64,000 nt of DNA from Thermoplasmatota archaeon (lineage in GTDB: Archaea; Thermoplasmatota; Thermoplasmata; UBA10834). Under the pieces are notes generated by a model, which saw only the letters and a list, made by a program, of their open reading frames with translations, had not been told where the DNA came from and searched no databases. The stretch is taken from contig JBFMHR010000005.1 in assembly GCA_040751795.1 (NCBI GenBank), forward strand, positions 64,001 through 128,000, in the 5' to 3' direction. Positions 44,173 through 54,382 of this stretch are shown in pieces (position 1 is the first letter of the stretch; each line of letters opens with the position of its first letter). Made by a program: the position numbers and the translations under genes.

Positions 44173-45393
44173 ATGCGGAACATGAGAGTTCTGATGCTTG
44201 CACCGGAGTTCCTTCCCGTCAGAGGAGGTGTCGGCAACTACATTGCAGAGATATCAAAGCGGGTCCCGCACGATGTGGAAATGTACGTTGTGACTCCCAG
44301 GCAGGGCACAAATGAGTCGGAACATGCACAGATCAACGGCAATGAGGATTTCGTGTCTTCAGACAATGTTCACGTGGTGTATCTTGGAGAAGCACAGGAC
44401 TACTTCTTCGGCAATTTCCCATTTCAGGTCAACTGCGGATTTGAATTGAGAAGAATGATTCGCGATTTGAGGATAGATATCGTCCATTCTCACAGCGCGA
44501 TGCCCGACTACTTCGTTTCCCCGGACTCCACCGGGGTTCCGTTCTTGACCACCATTCACACTACCCTTGAGGGACACAAGAACGCCCTGAAGGCGTCTGG
44601 AAGCAGATTCACGGAGCTTTCGATGCACGAGAGGTTCGCTCTTCTCCTCGCACCCGCTCTGAAACGCTTCGAGGACGCATATTACAGTAAGAATCGACAC
44701 TATTCAACAGTCTCAGAATGGGGCAGGGAGAGAATCGTTGAAGAGAAGAAGATACCCCGCGACAGAGTCCGAGTGATTCGACCAGGGGTTGACACATCCA
44801 TATTCAGCCCTTCAAAGAGAGAAGTGCCATTAGAGGCGATTGACGACATAGAGTCTCCAAGAGTCCTGTATCTCTCTAGGATGGCAACCAGGAAGGGCAT
44901 ATACCTCCTTCTCAAGGCTATTCCTAGGATCCTCAAGAGACTGGACGCTCACTTCCTCATCGCTGGATCTGGGACACTCCAGGCAGAGTTGGTCCCGCGG
45001 AGCAACACAACGTTTCTAGGACAAGTTCCAATGTCACATCCCCCACTTCTCTATGCCAAATCCGATGTCTTCGTGTTGCCATCGCTCTATGAGAATTTGC
45101 CGGTCTGTCTATTGGAATCGATGGCGTCAGGTTGCGCTGTTGTATGCTCGGACGTAGGCGGTGTGAGGGAGGTGGTCGATCATGAGAGGACCGGATTGGT
45201 CATTAGGCCGAATGACATCACATCCATTGAGACTGCCATCATTCGTATGATTGAGGACGACAATCTCAGAAGAGAGATGACAAGGAATGCGATGCAATCA
45301 ATCACTAGGGAGTTCAAGTGGGAGTCGACAGCATCACAGACAATGGCTCACTATCAAGACATCCTTGATGGAGTGGAAAGGACCAGTGAGTGA
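44173..45393 (+). CDS. GT4 glycosyltransferase
   Basis: MRVLML..EF.P..GG, GVD...F.P, KG, DVFVLPS.YEN.P...LE.MA.G..VV.SDVGG..E. Confidence 0.92.
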   Translation: MRNMRVLMLAPEFLPVRGGVGNYIAEISKRVPHDVEMYVVTPRQGTNESEHAQINGNEDFVSSDNVHVVYLGEAQDYFFGNFPFQVNCGFELRRMIRDLRIDIVHSHSAMPDYFVSPDSTGVPFLTTIHTTLEGHKNALKASGSRFTELSMHERFALLLAPALKRFEDAYYSKNRHYSTVSEWGRERIVEEKKIPRDRVRVIRPGVDTSIFSPSKREVPLEAIDDIESPRVLYLSRMATRKGIYLLLKAIPRILKRLDAHFLIAGSGTLQAELVPRSNTTFLGQVPMSHPPLLYAKSDVFVLPSLYENLPVCLLESMASGCAVVCSDVGGVREVVDHERTGLVIRPNDITSIETAIIRMIEDDNLRREMTRNAMQSITREFKWESTASQTMAHYQDILDGVERTSE

Positions 45394-45408
45394 ACGGAGG
45401 TCGATGGT

Positions 45409-46614
45409 ATCAGGTTCCTGATGGTGAGCACGTATTTCCCGCCCTATCATGCGGGCGGGGATGCAATGATGGTGAAATACCTCTCTGACGAACTCATGCG
45501 TAGAGGACACGAAGTCGCTGTCTTCTCAAACCCCTCCATCTATCGTCTGCTGAAGTCCGCGGAACCGAAGAAGGATGATAGAACGGACGCGCCGTCGATT
45601 CATGCTTGCGAATACTCACCTTTGTCGGGCCGGCTCGAACTATTCGCCGACTATTTCCTGGGATTGTCTGACAGAGCATCCAAGCACCTGCGTACCCTGG
45701 TCAGGGACTATCGGCCGGATGTCGTGCACTGGCACAATACCAAGGGATTCATGAGCACACCGGTTCGTGTAGATGGTCCGATATCGTTGTATACCGCTCA
45801 CGATTACTATGCATTCTGCCCTAGGACGAATCTAATCACGCCTAACAGCATCTCGTGCCTAAGTCCAGCTTACTGTCAGCTATGTCTGTTAAGGTGGCAC
45901 AAGTTGCCGCAGCCATGGAGATGCGGAGGTCGAAGGGTCCTTAGATTACCCTCCGATACAAGAGTCATAGCTCCATCTCAATACATGGCAACGAGACTGG
46001 AGGCGGAAGGCATCAAGAGCCCCAGAGTAATCAGGAACTTCGTTCTGGACCGGGGCATCGTTTCTGGACCAACACATAGGGATTCTATGACCTATTTGGG
46101 GGTTCTTGAACCCCATAAGGGTTTGGGGACCTTGATGGACGCATTCATGAAGAGTGCATCGAGCCATGATTTCAACCTGAACATCATCGGGCAGGGTTCA
46201 ATGAAAGGGTCTTTGGAGAGCAGGGCTTCGAAGAGCGGCTTGTCAGACCGAATTCGCATCCACGGGTTCATCCCCTACAGCCAACTCGATGAGATTCTCA
46301 GAGGGACAGCAGCTCTCCTGGTGCCATCCGAATGGCCTGAGAACTCTCCCCTCGTGGTACTGGAGGCCTTGTCCAAGGGAATCCCCGTGATAGGTTCGCG
46401 TGTGGGTGGGCTGCCAGAGATCATCAATGAGGCGTCTGGTTCTCTTCTGTTTGAACCTGGAGATGTTACGCAACTCTCAGAGGCAATGCAAACAGTCTGG
46501 AGTGACGGTGACTTCTCCAGCACTCGCCAGCGGAAGGCCAGAGTCTCATACGAGTCCATGTTCACCCCTGATGCGCATATTAATGCGTATCTCAGATTGA
46601 TACATAGCATCTGA
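45409..46614 (+). CDS. GT4 glycosyltransferase (probable ATC start)
   Basis: (M)RFLMVSTYFPP..GG, PDVVH.HN, HDY...CP, HKG, PSEWPENSP.V.LEA...G.PVIGS.VGG.PE. The ORF track starts it at 45421. Confidence 0.9.
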   Translation: MRFLMVSTYFPPYHAGGDAMMVKYLSDELMRRGHEVAVFSNPSIYRLLKSAEPKKDDRTDAPSIHACEYSPLSGRLELFADYFLGLSDRASKHLRTLVRDYRPDVVHWHNTKGFMSTPVRVDGPISLYTAHDYYAFCPRTNLITPNSISCLSPAYCQLCLLRWHKLPQPWRCGGRRVLRLPSDTRVIAPSQYMATRLEAEGIKSPRVIRNFVLDRGIVSGPTHRDSMTYLGVLEPHKGLGTLMDAFMKSASSHDFNLNIIGQGSMKGSLESRASKSGLSDRIRIHGFIPYSQLDEILRGTAALLVPSEWPENSPLVVLEALSKGIPVIGSRVGGLPEIINEASGSLLFEPGDVTQLSEAMQTVWSDGDFSSTRQRKARVSYESMFTPDAHINAYLRLIHSI

Positions 46615-46619
46615 GTCTT

Positions 46620-47135
46620 TGAATCACGTGACGCATGGAGGATTTCGGCGCGGTCCCCGCCCTCGACGAAGGTCGCGGTCACGTTTTAGATGAAGTCCTA
46701 AGGCTTGAGGTGTGACGACTCCATCACTCTTGCTACGAGTGCTATTTAGATTTCCATCTGGACTTCGTTCTTGAGACAGTCCAAACAATGCATCAATGTC
46801 TGATAGGCGCTGTCTGGAGAGAGGCCGATGCCGATGATCTCAGGCATGTACGTCCCCTCATACCGCTCGGCGATGGTGTACTTGGGACTTGGATTCGGTA
46901 AGCGATTGGCGGCCATGATGAACGCCCGCTCGCCTACCAGCTGCCCGTTCCTCTTCGGGGCTGCCTGGCTGACGGTGTCTATCGACCCAAACCGCTCCGC
47001 GATGGCGTGGAGCTCCTTCGCCGTGTCGTACTCAATCGTTACTCCCACCTGCGTCCTCCTTCTTTGGAGAGGTCCCCACAATGCATCCCGGGAAGGCATC
47101 GAGTCAGGATGTCTTCAGCCTATTGGCAGGGATGC
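46620..47135 (-). mobile_element. Degraded IS1634-family transposase remnant
   Basis: Broken frames give AEDIL, IMAANRL.NP.PK..I...Y..TY.P and VTATFVEG...SRD, matching the IS1634 N-terminal region and first catalytic-Asp motif. Confidence 0.65.
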
Positions 47136-47159
47136 TAGCTCAAAGAATTGCATAAGATG

Positions 47160-47228
47160 GGCTCGGTCGTCGAGAACATCGTATCCACCTTCGCCCGCTG
47201 ATGGCAAGCGCATTCGACGAACTCCCTC
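47160..47228 (-). mobile_element. Short IS5-family transposase C-terminal fragment
   Basis: Minus strand encodes CHQRAKVDTMFST, resembling the IS5-family Y(2)R(3)E motif YHQRSKVETxFS. Confidence 0.4.
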
Positions 47229-47229
47229 T

Positions 47230-48354
47230 TCAGCCTCCGCTCGCACCTGTCAAAGGTGGACTGAGAGCATCGAGCAATGCCTCTACCACTGTCGACACCT
47301 CATCACGGGTCATTTGAGGAAACATTGGCAGAGATAGCACAGACTCAGATACAGCCTCCGTTATTGGCAGTTTGAAATCATGGCTACTTTTCTTGTACGA
47401 CTCCTGCAGATGGACGGGTACGGGATAATGTATGCTTGTCCCTATTCCTCTCGAATTCAGTTCCTTCTGAAGGCGCTGTCTGTTCTCCGTTCTGATGACG
47501 AATTGATGATAGACATGTGTGGCATGTGGTGCTTCGATGGGCAGGACTATGCTCGCATTCCCTAATCCGTTCCGGTACATTCGGGCTATGTCTCTGCGTT
47601 TCGCATTCCAGTCATCAAGATGTCCCAACTTCACTCTCAACACTGCCGCTTGAATCTCGTCGAGTCTGCTATTAATGCCTACTGTTTCGTAGTAATATTT
47701 CTGGGATTGTCCATAGTTGCTCATCTTGCTCACTTTCTCTGCAATTTCCTCGTTGCTTGTCACCACGATTCCTGCATCTCCGTAAGCGCCCATGTTTTTC
47801 GTCGGGTAAAAGCTGAAACATGCAGCGTCTGCTAGTGACCCGACCCTCCTGCCTTGGTACGTGGCGCCATGTGCCTGGCACGCGTCTTCGATGACAAAGA
47901 TGTCCTTGTCTTCAGCAATCTCCATGATTTCATCCATTCTTGATGGATGTCCGTAGATGTGGACCGGGAGAATCGCCTTCGTCCTGTCCCCGATTTTTTC
48001 TCGTATTTTTGAGGCATCGATGCAGTATGTATGGGGGTCAATATCAACTAGAATTGGTCTTGCTCCATTCCTCGTTATGGCATCGACAGTTGAAATGAAC
48101 GTGTGAGCAGTTGTGATCACTTCATCACCCGGGCCAATTCCAAGCGCCCTAATTGTCGTCAGAAGGGCATCTGAGCCTGAATTGACTCCAATGCCAAACC
48201 TCGTTCCCACATATGCGGAAAACTCCGATTCAAAGGCTCTACATTCCGCGCCATTGACAAACTGGCCAACGGTGAGCACCCTCTCAATTGAGTCGAGAAC
48301 AGCCTCTCCAATCTCTTCAAGTTCTCTCGAAAGGTCGATCGATTTCACAGACAT
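47230..48354 (-). CDS. DegT/DnrJ/EryC1/StrS sugar aminotransferase (FdtB/QdtB-like)
   Basis: NSGSDAL, GIGPGDEVIT, PVHIYG, IEDACQAHGA, SFYPTKNMGAYGDAG, NSRLDEIQAA. Confidence 0.94.
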   Translation of the reverse strand: MSVKSIDLSRELEEIGEAVLDSIERVLTVGQFVNGAECRAFESEFSAYVGTRFGIGVNSGSDALLTTIRALGIGPGDEVITTAHTFISTVDAITRNGARPILVDIDPHTYCIDASKIREKIGDRTKAILPVHIYGHPSRMDEIMEIAEDKDIFVIEDACQAHGATYQGRRVGSLADAACFSFYPTKNMGAYGDAGIVVTSNEEIAEKVSKMSNYGQSQKYYYETVGINSRLDEIQAAVLRVKLGHLDDWNAKRRDIARMYRNGLGNASIVLPIEAPHATHVYHQFVIRTENRQRLQKELNSRGIGTSIHYPVPVHLQESYKKSSHDFKLPITEAVSESVLSLPMFPQMTRDEVSTVVEALLDALSPPLTGASGG

Positions 48355-48428
48355 GGTGGTTTCGCCGCATCATTCAAGTAGTCATATTCATGAAGAAAGG
48401 ACATGCATGGGTCTGCAAACACACACGT

Positions 48429-49376
48429 TTACTCCCAATTGACCTCATAAGTATCATACACCGTCGCTCTCGCGCCAAAGGTGCTCTTGTAGTCTGATAG
48501 ACTGGAATTTAGATATTGGCCTGCATTTTCTGTAGAAATCCCGAAATCAAAGTACCTCTTGTCGATATAGTATTCGTTTATCAAATAGTCTAGCACGCAG
48601 TCCACAACGTGCGATTTCCTTCCCGCTTCGGTTGAGGCGATGTACTGAGTGTGCGCGACGTTCCTGCTTTCATACATGATCACACCTCCTTCCATGCGCC
48701 CGTCAATCACACCGGCGAACAGTCTTATGTTCTCCGGGAATCTCTGAGCTAGAAGAATCATCTCTTCCTTTGTGTGCGTAGGTCTGACGCCGTGTCTAGA
48801 TTCCAAACACTTCTTCTCGATTTCCATATAGTTTCCGAAATCGGAGCTTTCCTCGACCTCTGTGCCACGAGACTGAGCCTTCCTAACACACCACCGACGT
48901 TCCTTGGCGAAAGGTGTCCTTTCTGGCATGAAAATAGTGGAGGAGACATCTCGCCTAACTAGCTTCGCATCCGTGAGAAAGAGGGCGTACAAATCCTCTT
49001 CTGCTGGAATGGAATGATAGATGTGTGGTATAGCTTTGTACACGAGCTTCTTGATGCCCATCTCCTTCAGGTGTTTCCCTAAATCATGAAAGAGATCTAC
49101 CATGTCCGTGGCCCTCAGTCTGCTATCCGTTATAATTCCCCCGAACGTTAATCCTGCATGACTTGTCATCACGTCTCCTTCAATAGTGGCTGGCATGACT
49201 GCCGTTAAGTCCATGACATCGAAGAAGAATAGCAGAGAACTGTCCCTGAATCTATCCGAATGGTAGTCCATGTACTTCCTATCGAAGAGGAATAGTCCAT
49301 TTCTCGAAGCCTTAACGAATTGATTCCAGCTATCTTCAAGTTCGGGACTATATGCGGTGATTCTGAACATATCCAA
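48429..49376 (-). CDS. GNAT/FemAB-like double-domain acyltransferase
   Basis: W..FV..S.NG.FLF.R.YMDYH.DRF.D.S, SH.GLTFGG, YK.IP.IYH..P..ED.YALF, FDFGISTE..G..LN. Confidence 0.82.
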   Translation of the reverse strand: MDMFRITAYSPELEDSWNQFVKASRNGLFLFDRKYMDYHSDRFRDSSLLFFFDVMDLTAVMPATIEGDVMTSHAGLTFGGIITDSRLRATDMVDLFHDLGKHLKEMGIKKLVYKAIPHIYHSIPAEEDLYALFLTDAKLVRRDVSSTIFMPERTPFAKERRWCVRKAQSRGTEVEESSDFGNYMEIEKKCLESRHGVRPTHTKEEMILLAQRFPENIRLFAGVIDGRMEGGVIMYESRNVAHTQYIASTEAGRKSHVVDCVLDYLINEYYIDKRYFDFGISTENAGQYLNSSLSDYKSTFGARATVYDTYEVNWE

Positions 49377-49387
49377 CCCTTAGTGCC

Positions 49388-50299
49388 TCAGATTTCCAAC
49401 TCTGCGTAACCGAATCCGGTTCTGCCCATATCGTTCCCGTTGTAGAACATAATCGTCCTTTCCCGGACTCGTATTGTGGCAGGGTAGCACAAATGTTTCG
49501 AATCCCACCCCTCCTTTGACAGTGAGATTCCTGCTTCAGAATCCTTCCTTATCCATGAGATTCCATCTTTGGATTCAGCATATCCTGGGATGTAGTCCCC
49601 GGTGAGAGTCCCCTTCGTATAGAACATGCAATAGGTATCTCCATCTTTGACTACTCTTGGTCTTCCGATTCGGTACTCGTTTTCAGTATTATCGATGCAA
49701 ACCGTCCCTCGGTCTGGGAAATGGATTCCGTCCCTCGACTCGTAGAGCCTGATGTTGTACCTCGGATACGGTTTACCCCCGATAGTCTCCCAGCCACTTC
49801 CGACGCCGCACCAGGCTCTCCAGATGCCGTTCTCTCTGAGAACGGAGTGTATCGCCCTTATGTACAATCCGTCGTCCGATCGGTCAAGGATGGGAGTGTT
49901 GCTGCATCGCTGGAATCTCTCCCCGCCATCCACACTGACTGCTAGGCCACTGAATGCCAAGAACTTCACTTTCTCCACCAATTGGAAGCCAACATAATAC
50001 ATCAGCAACTTCCTGCCGAGTTGCGCAATATCGCCAAGAATCACTCCATTGTCATCGAAACAACCAGGCAGGCCGACGTCGAGGACTGGGCTATCTGACA
50101 CCGCTACAATCCTTGATGGTTTGTCGGCGTCAACATCCACATAGCCGATTCTACTTGCTCCCGTATTGTCGCGCATTCCTGCATAGACGCGAATCTTGTC
50201 ATCTTCCAGTTGAATCGGAGTCGGCGTTAAAGCGGAGTGTTGTGACCAGTTGGATCGCCCATTTGGGCAATAGACTAACCCCATCTTTTTCCACTTCAA
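49388..50299 (-). CDS. Five-bladed beta-propeller (GH32/GH130-like) protein
   Basis: MKWKKMGL, PTP, PVL..G..G.FDD.G, Asp-box S.DG..F/W repeats, GWDS...CYP, MFYNGN..G.TGFG.A. Confidence 0.8.
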   Translation of the reverse strand: MKWKKMGLVYCPNGRSNWSQHSALTPTPIQLEDDKIRVYAGMRDNTGASRIGYVDVDADKPSRIVAVSDSPVLDVGLPGCFDDNGVILGDIAQLGRKLLMYYVGFQLVEKVKFLAFSGLAVSVDGGERFQRCSNTPILDRSDDGLYIRAIHSVLRENGIWRAWCGVGSGWETIGGKPYPRYNIRLYESRDGIHFPDRGTVCIDNTENEYRIGRPRVVKDGDTYCMFYTKGTLTGDYIPGYAESKDGISWIRKDSEAGISLSKEGWDSKHLCYPATIRVRERTIMFYNGNDMGRTGFGYAELEI

Positions 50300-50302
50300 G
50301 AG

Positions 50303-50986
50303 TTATTCCTCACTTACTCCAAAGCTCTCGTAACTGCTCTTGTCGAGAGGGCGCGCAGGATTTCCAACGCACACCTTTCCAGGCTCGGTATCTCTGATTA
50401 CTACAGCACCCGAGCCAACAATACAGTCTTTCGCGATTTTGATGCGATCATTATACGTGCTATTCACACCGAGGAAGCAGTTTTCGCCGATGTCACAGTA
50501 ACCTGATATGACGCAGTGTGAGGACACGTAACAGTTATCGCGGATGTAAGTTCGATGGCCCACGTGGTTGCCACTCCAGAGTACCACATTGTTGCCAATC
50601 TTGACCTTGTGTTGAAGGACGTTGTTTTCGAATATGAATGAATTCTCGCCAATCTCTACATTGTGCCAAACGAAAGCCTTTGAACTGACGTAGGATACGA
50701 GTCGAAACCCCTTTTTCTTCACTTCGTTATACAGCCTCGTCCTCACTCGGTTGAGCTGGGTATAGGTCACCGCGACATAGACGCTGTATTTGGATGGGCT
50801 AAAGATCTTATCCAGTTCCTCGAATGGTACCACCGGCAGGCCGAGCAGATCCTTCTCTTTCAGGAAATCTCTCTCGACTGAGAACGCCACAACTTCGTAT
50901 TGGGAGTCATGCGTGAAGTACTCGTATGCAATTTGAGCGAACTCACCCGCTCCGACGATGATGATCTGGCCTTTCTTGTCCCTCAT
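50303..50986 (-). CDS. NeuD/PglD-like left-handed beta-helix acyltransferase
   Basis: I.GAG.FA N-terminal domain; hexapeptide repeats; WSGNH.GH; VGNPAR. Confidence 0.9.
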   Translation of the reverse strand: MRDKKGQIIIVGAGEFAQIAYEYFTHDSQYEVVAFSVERDFLKEKDLLGLPVVPFEELDKIFSPSKYSVYVAVTYTQLNRVRTRLYNEVKKKGFRLVSYVSSKAFVWHNVEIGENSFIFENNVLQHKVKIGNNVVLWSGNHVGHRTYIRDNCYVSSHCVISGYCDIGENCFLGVNSTYNDRIKIAKDCIVGSGAVVIRDTEPGKVCVGNPARPLDKSSYESFGVSEE

Positions 50987-51441
50987 ATCCGCTTATCCTC
51001 CCTCGGGGTTCCGCTCTTGCCCCCGCTCGCTTTCCTTCGACCTACCATCTTGAGGAATACTTGTTTGTCCCTAATGTAGTCCTCGACCTTGTAGAAATCT
51101 GATGCAAGAACCAAGCAGACGGCTCCTGATGAGAAGTTGTCAAGTTTCCTCCATGTCATTGGTGGAATGTACAAACCGTAGTGAGCTCTGTTGAGGTGAA
51201 ACCGCTTGCGGTTCTTCCCATCTTCAAGTACGACATCGAAGCTGCCACTCATGGCAATCATCAGCTGCTCGAGTCTCCTATGCGCATGTTCTCCTCTTTC
51301 CTCTCCTCCTGGAACATCATAGAGATAGTATATTCGTTTGATGTCGAATGGGATATGACGCGTTGATTCTACAAATGTGAGATTGCCCTTTTCGTTTGCG
51401 ATTTTTGGGAGGCTCACAATCCTGCAATCGGCTAGCGACAT
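50983..51441 (-). CDS. fdtA: dTDP-4-keto-6-deoxyglucose 3,4-ketoisomerase (FdtA/QdtA cupin)
   Basis: GNL.F.E....PF.IKRIYY.Y.V....RG.HAH..L.Q......GSF, GLYIPP..W, VLAS..Y...DYIR. ATG 51441 follows AGGTGA. Confidence 0.9.
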   Translation of the reverse strand: MSLADCRIVSLPKIANEKGNLTFVESTRHIPFDIKRIYYLYDVPGGEERGEHAHRRLEQLMIAMSGSFDVVLEDGKNRKRFHLNRAHYGLYIPPMTWRKLDNFSSGAVCLVLASDFYKVEDYIRDKQVFLKMVGRRKASGGKSGTPREDKRI

Positions 51442-51519
51442 AATCTCACCTTCTGCGCGCCAAATGCGGCTCAAACGACATTTGCATATCACCATACACT
51501 ACGTTTGCTGTTCCGCTAA

Positions 51520-53004
51520 CTATTGTCGAGGTATTCTGGGCGATATGGATCGTATGAAGCACCACAGCCTTGCTCTTTCCGTCTCATCTAGAATGGCTAT
51601 CACGAATATAAAGGATGCAGCGACCGATATCACACACTTCGGCCAGAATACAATCTCATCATTCCAGCAGAATACCGAGGCAATTGCGATGATACTCAGT
51701 CCTCCGAGCCAAGAACTCTTCAGGCGAGAATCAGAACGGAAGCCATGTCTTCTAATCAGATAAATGAATGCGAACGCGACGTACACGGAATTGACTACAA
51801 CGTACGAAATGCCCACGCCCTCAAGGGAACTCAAGACGTCCATTGCTCCCAAGGAAATGGTCAAGAACCCCATCGACGAACAGCACTCGAGGGCGAGGAA
51901 AGTTCGCACGTCTGCATACGCAAACATAGGCATTGCAAGAACCCATCCCGTCACCCTCATGTAGTCTCCCACGAGCATCCACCTAGTCATGCTCGTCGCC
52001 TCCAGGAACTCCCCTGAAAACAGGAGTGAGATCACGAATTGCTTTGCGGTAACGATGAATACGGCGATGGGCACAATAATCATGATAGAGATTCTGAGGT
52101 AATCTCTGATTAGCGAGAGTTTCTCGCCTTGAGCATTAGTCTTGCTGAGAGTCGGAAGGTAGTAAGTGCCGCACGATACAAGAATAGCACCAACATATGT
52201 CATACTTAGAGACCAAGCAGCATTGAAAACACCTGCCTTGTCCATCCCTCCATTTTGGATGATTGACAGCCGGACTATGAGCAGGACGAAGGATGAGAGG
52301 AGTGCCGTTGCCAGCGTTGTTCCAGCGAGCGAGACGAAGTGCCGGACCGACTCTTTGTCGAAAGACTCGCGGAGCCTGAGCACTAGCGGCTTGATCCATC
52401 CATTTCGCAAGGCCACGTAAAGATTCAAGACCAGACTCATCGAGGAAGTGGCAGTCATCAGCCAGACAAGCGCAAGAAGGTAGCCACTATCTGCAGCTAA
52501 GCACACCGGGTAGGCAATCGCTGCGTTAGTGCCTGCGACTACAATTTGGATTACGGCCATACGACCTATAGCACGGTATCCATTGAGGATACCTGCAAAG
52601 TACGTGGCAAATGCGTTCAGGGCCACCGGCAGTGAAAGGAAACGAACCAACCACACATTCACTGAATCGCCAGATCCCAGCACTGCAGGTGCAATCACTG
52701 GCGCCGTAATGACAAGCGCGAGAGCAGTCACGAACCCGCCAATGAGGAATATCAGAAAGATGGCACGGACATATCTCTCTCTCGCTGCCTTTTCCCTGCG
52801 GGCGATTCCCTGCACTAGCGCTGGTCCGCCCGCCAGAGTTGCCAGCAGTCCTGATGTTTGGCTCATTTGAATTAGCATTGAGTATAGGCCCACGCCTGCT
52901 GGGCCAAGAATCACCGCCATGATCTTTGATGAGGCCACGCCAAGAAGCGAGGAGACTGCGAATCCCCCGCTCGTTTTGGACATTGCCTTGAGGATGTCAC
53001 GCAT
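51520..53004 (-). CDS. wzx: Wzx-type polysaccharide flippase
   Basis: K..AV.LGP.G.G, YYLP.LS, LFS.EF, W...GD..R...W motifs; about 12-14 TM helices. Confidence 0.87.
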   Translation of the reverse strand: MRDILKAMSKTSGGFAVSSLLGVASSKIMAVILGPAGVGLYSMLIQMSQTSGLLATLAGGPALVQGIARREKAARERYVRAIFLIFLIGGFVTALALVITAPVIAPAVLGSGDSVNVWLVRFLSLPVALNAFATYFAGILNGYRAIGRMAVIQIVVAGTNAAIAYPVCLAADSGYLLALVWLMTATSSMSLVLNLYVALRNGWIKPLVLRLRESFDKESVRHFVSLAGTTLATALLSSFVLLIVRLSIIQNGGMDKAGVFNAAWSLSMTYVGAILVSCGTYYLPTLSKTNAQGEKLSLIRDYLRISIMIIVPIAVFIVTAKQFVISLLFSGEFLEATSMTRWMLVGDYMRVTGWVLAMPMFAYADVRTFLALECCSSMGFLTISLGAMDVLSSLEGVGISYVVVNSVYVAFAFIYLIRRHGFRSDSRLKSSWLGGLSIIAIASVFCWNDEIVFWPKCVISVAASFIFVIAILDETERARLWCFIRSISPRIPRQ

Positions 53005-53499
53005 ATTCCAGGTCAGCTCCGAACGGACCTTCGAATGGCACTGGTCAGTCACGTCTCAGCGCTCATGCGCCACCTGGTAGAGAAAGCCCTCTAGGTTCAT
53101 CTTGGTTTCGCACTCATTTGGCACATCAACCGCATTGAGGGGAATCGGTTTCATAGGATTCAATTGGCTATGCATCATCTCTCGTTCAGCGGTAGAGGGA
53201 TGGCCACACCTTTCGAGTGGTCACATGGCATGCTTCGCGCGTTGAGCATGGGATTCCTCTTTTCAGTCAATTGCGAAGGTATTTGCGTTTTCAAACGCAA
53301 TTATGACGTCGGCCCTGGTACAGCACTCTATCCGACACTATGATGGGTAGCTGAACCATTTGCTATCAATTCTTGTGCAAGAATATTAATGTGCGGTCCA
53401 AGCCATTTGCCAATTGGCAGACAGGTCAGCAGGTCGGTTGCCACGGAAATCGTATTGCCTCGTGGGATAGTCAACTCTTCCGGATAGACGAGCACGGAC

Positions 53500-54370
53500 A
53501 CGTTTCCCTAGATTCCGACGAACTGTCCATCGACTTCGAACGCTATGACGATGTTGCGATCCAAGGTCTCCACCTGGCCATGATCACCATCAGGAGGTAT
53601 GCTGATGAGTTCCCATTCTGGCAGAGGCGGAAGAGGGTGGGCAGACCAGGGACGGACGAGCGCACTCTGCGGATAGTTCTCATGCTCCAGCAGCTCATCG
53701 GCCTCTCCTTCCGGGAGGCTGATGGCACCCTGTCTTTGGCCTGAGAGTACTAATGGATCGGACACGTGCTCGTCCATTCGACGATGTCCAGGACGCTCTC
53801 GCCCATGAGGTGGTCCACGATCCCGGACAGGTTCTTCGAGCATCTCATCACACCCCTGCCGGAACGCGATGCGGTCGTGGTCTCTGATGCTGCGGACTGC
53901 AGCGACAGGTGACGTGCCTGGCGCGTCATGGAGAGTTGGTGCAAAGCTGTGTGCTCATTGAAATGGACAGGTTCGCCATGCTGTCGTTCGGGTTCACCAA
54001 CTCGAACATACACGAGAGCCAGGTGTTCGAGACAGTTTGGAGCGCTCTCCCAAGCAACGTCGTCCCGATGCAGAGCCTCGCCGACTCCAGCTACGTGGGG
54101 AATGACTGACTGGCTGTTGCCAGGCTGCGCGGGAAGACTTCGCTCCACAAAATCAAGAGGCACTCGAAGAGCTGCGAGGATCCGGAGATGTCTTACGAGA
54201 AGCTGGTGAACTTCGCGCACCGCTAGCCGAACCGGAGCCATGTCGGAATCGTGTTTAGCATGGTCGACAGCCCGCTTGGTTATCCATTGAGTTGTCGGAC
54301 AAGGAGAGGGCGAAGAAACGACGTGAGGACGAAGTACTGCTTGCTAGACATGGTTCAGATGGCCATGATG
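53500..54370 (+). mobile_element. Degraded IS5-family transposase pseudogene
   Basis: Fragmented frames: GRP......L......LSFRE..G, HST.SR, LADSSY, and C-terminal VFSMV...GY.L.CR....R..DV..K. Several stops and frameshifts; locally higher GC. Confidence 0.7.
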
Positions 54371-54382
54371 CCTGGGTTCTGG

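Noticed and set aside
35749-47161. Exact 13-bp match TGCATAAGATGGG at 35749-35761 and 47149-47161
   Set aside because: Matches of this length are expected by chance in 64 kb, and there is no flanking similarity or target duplication.
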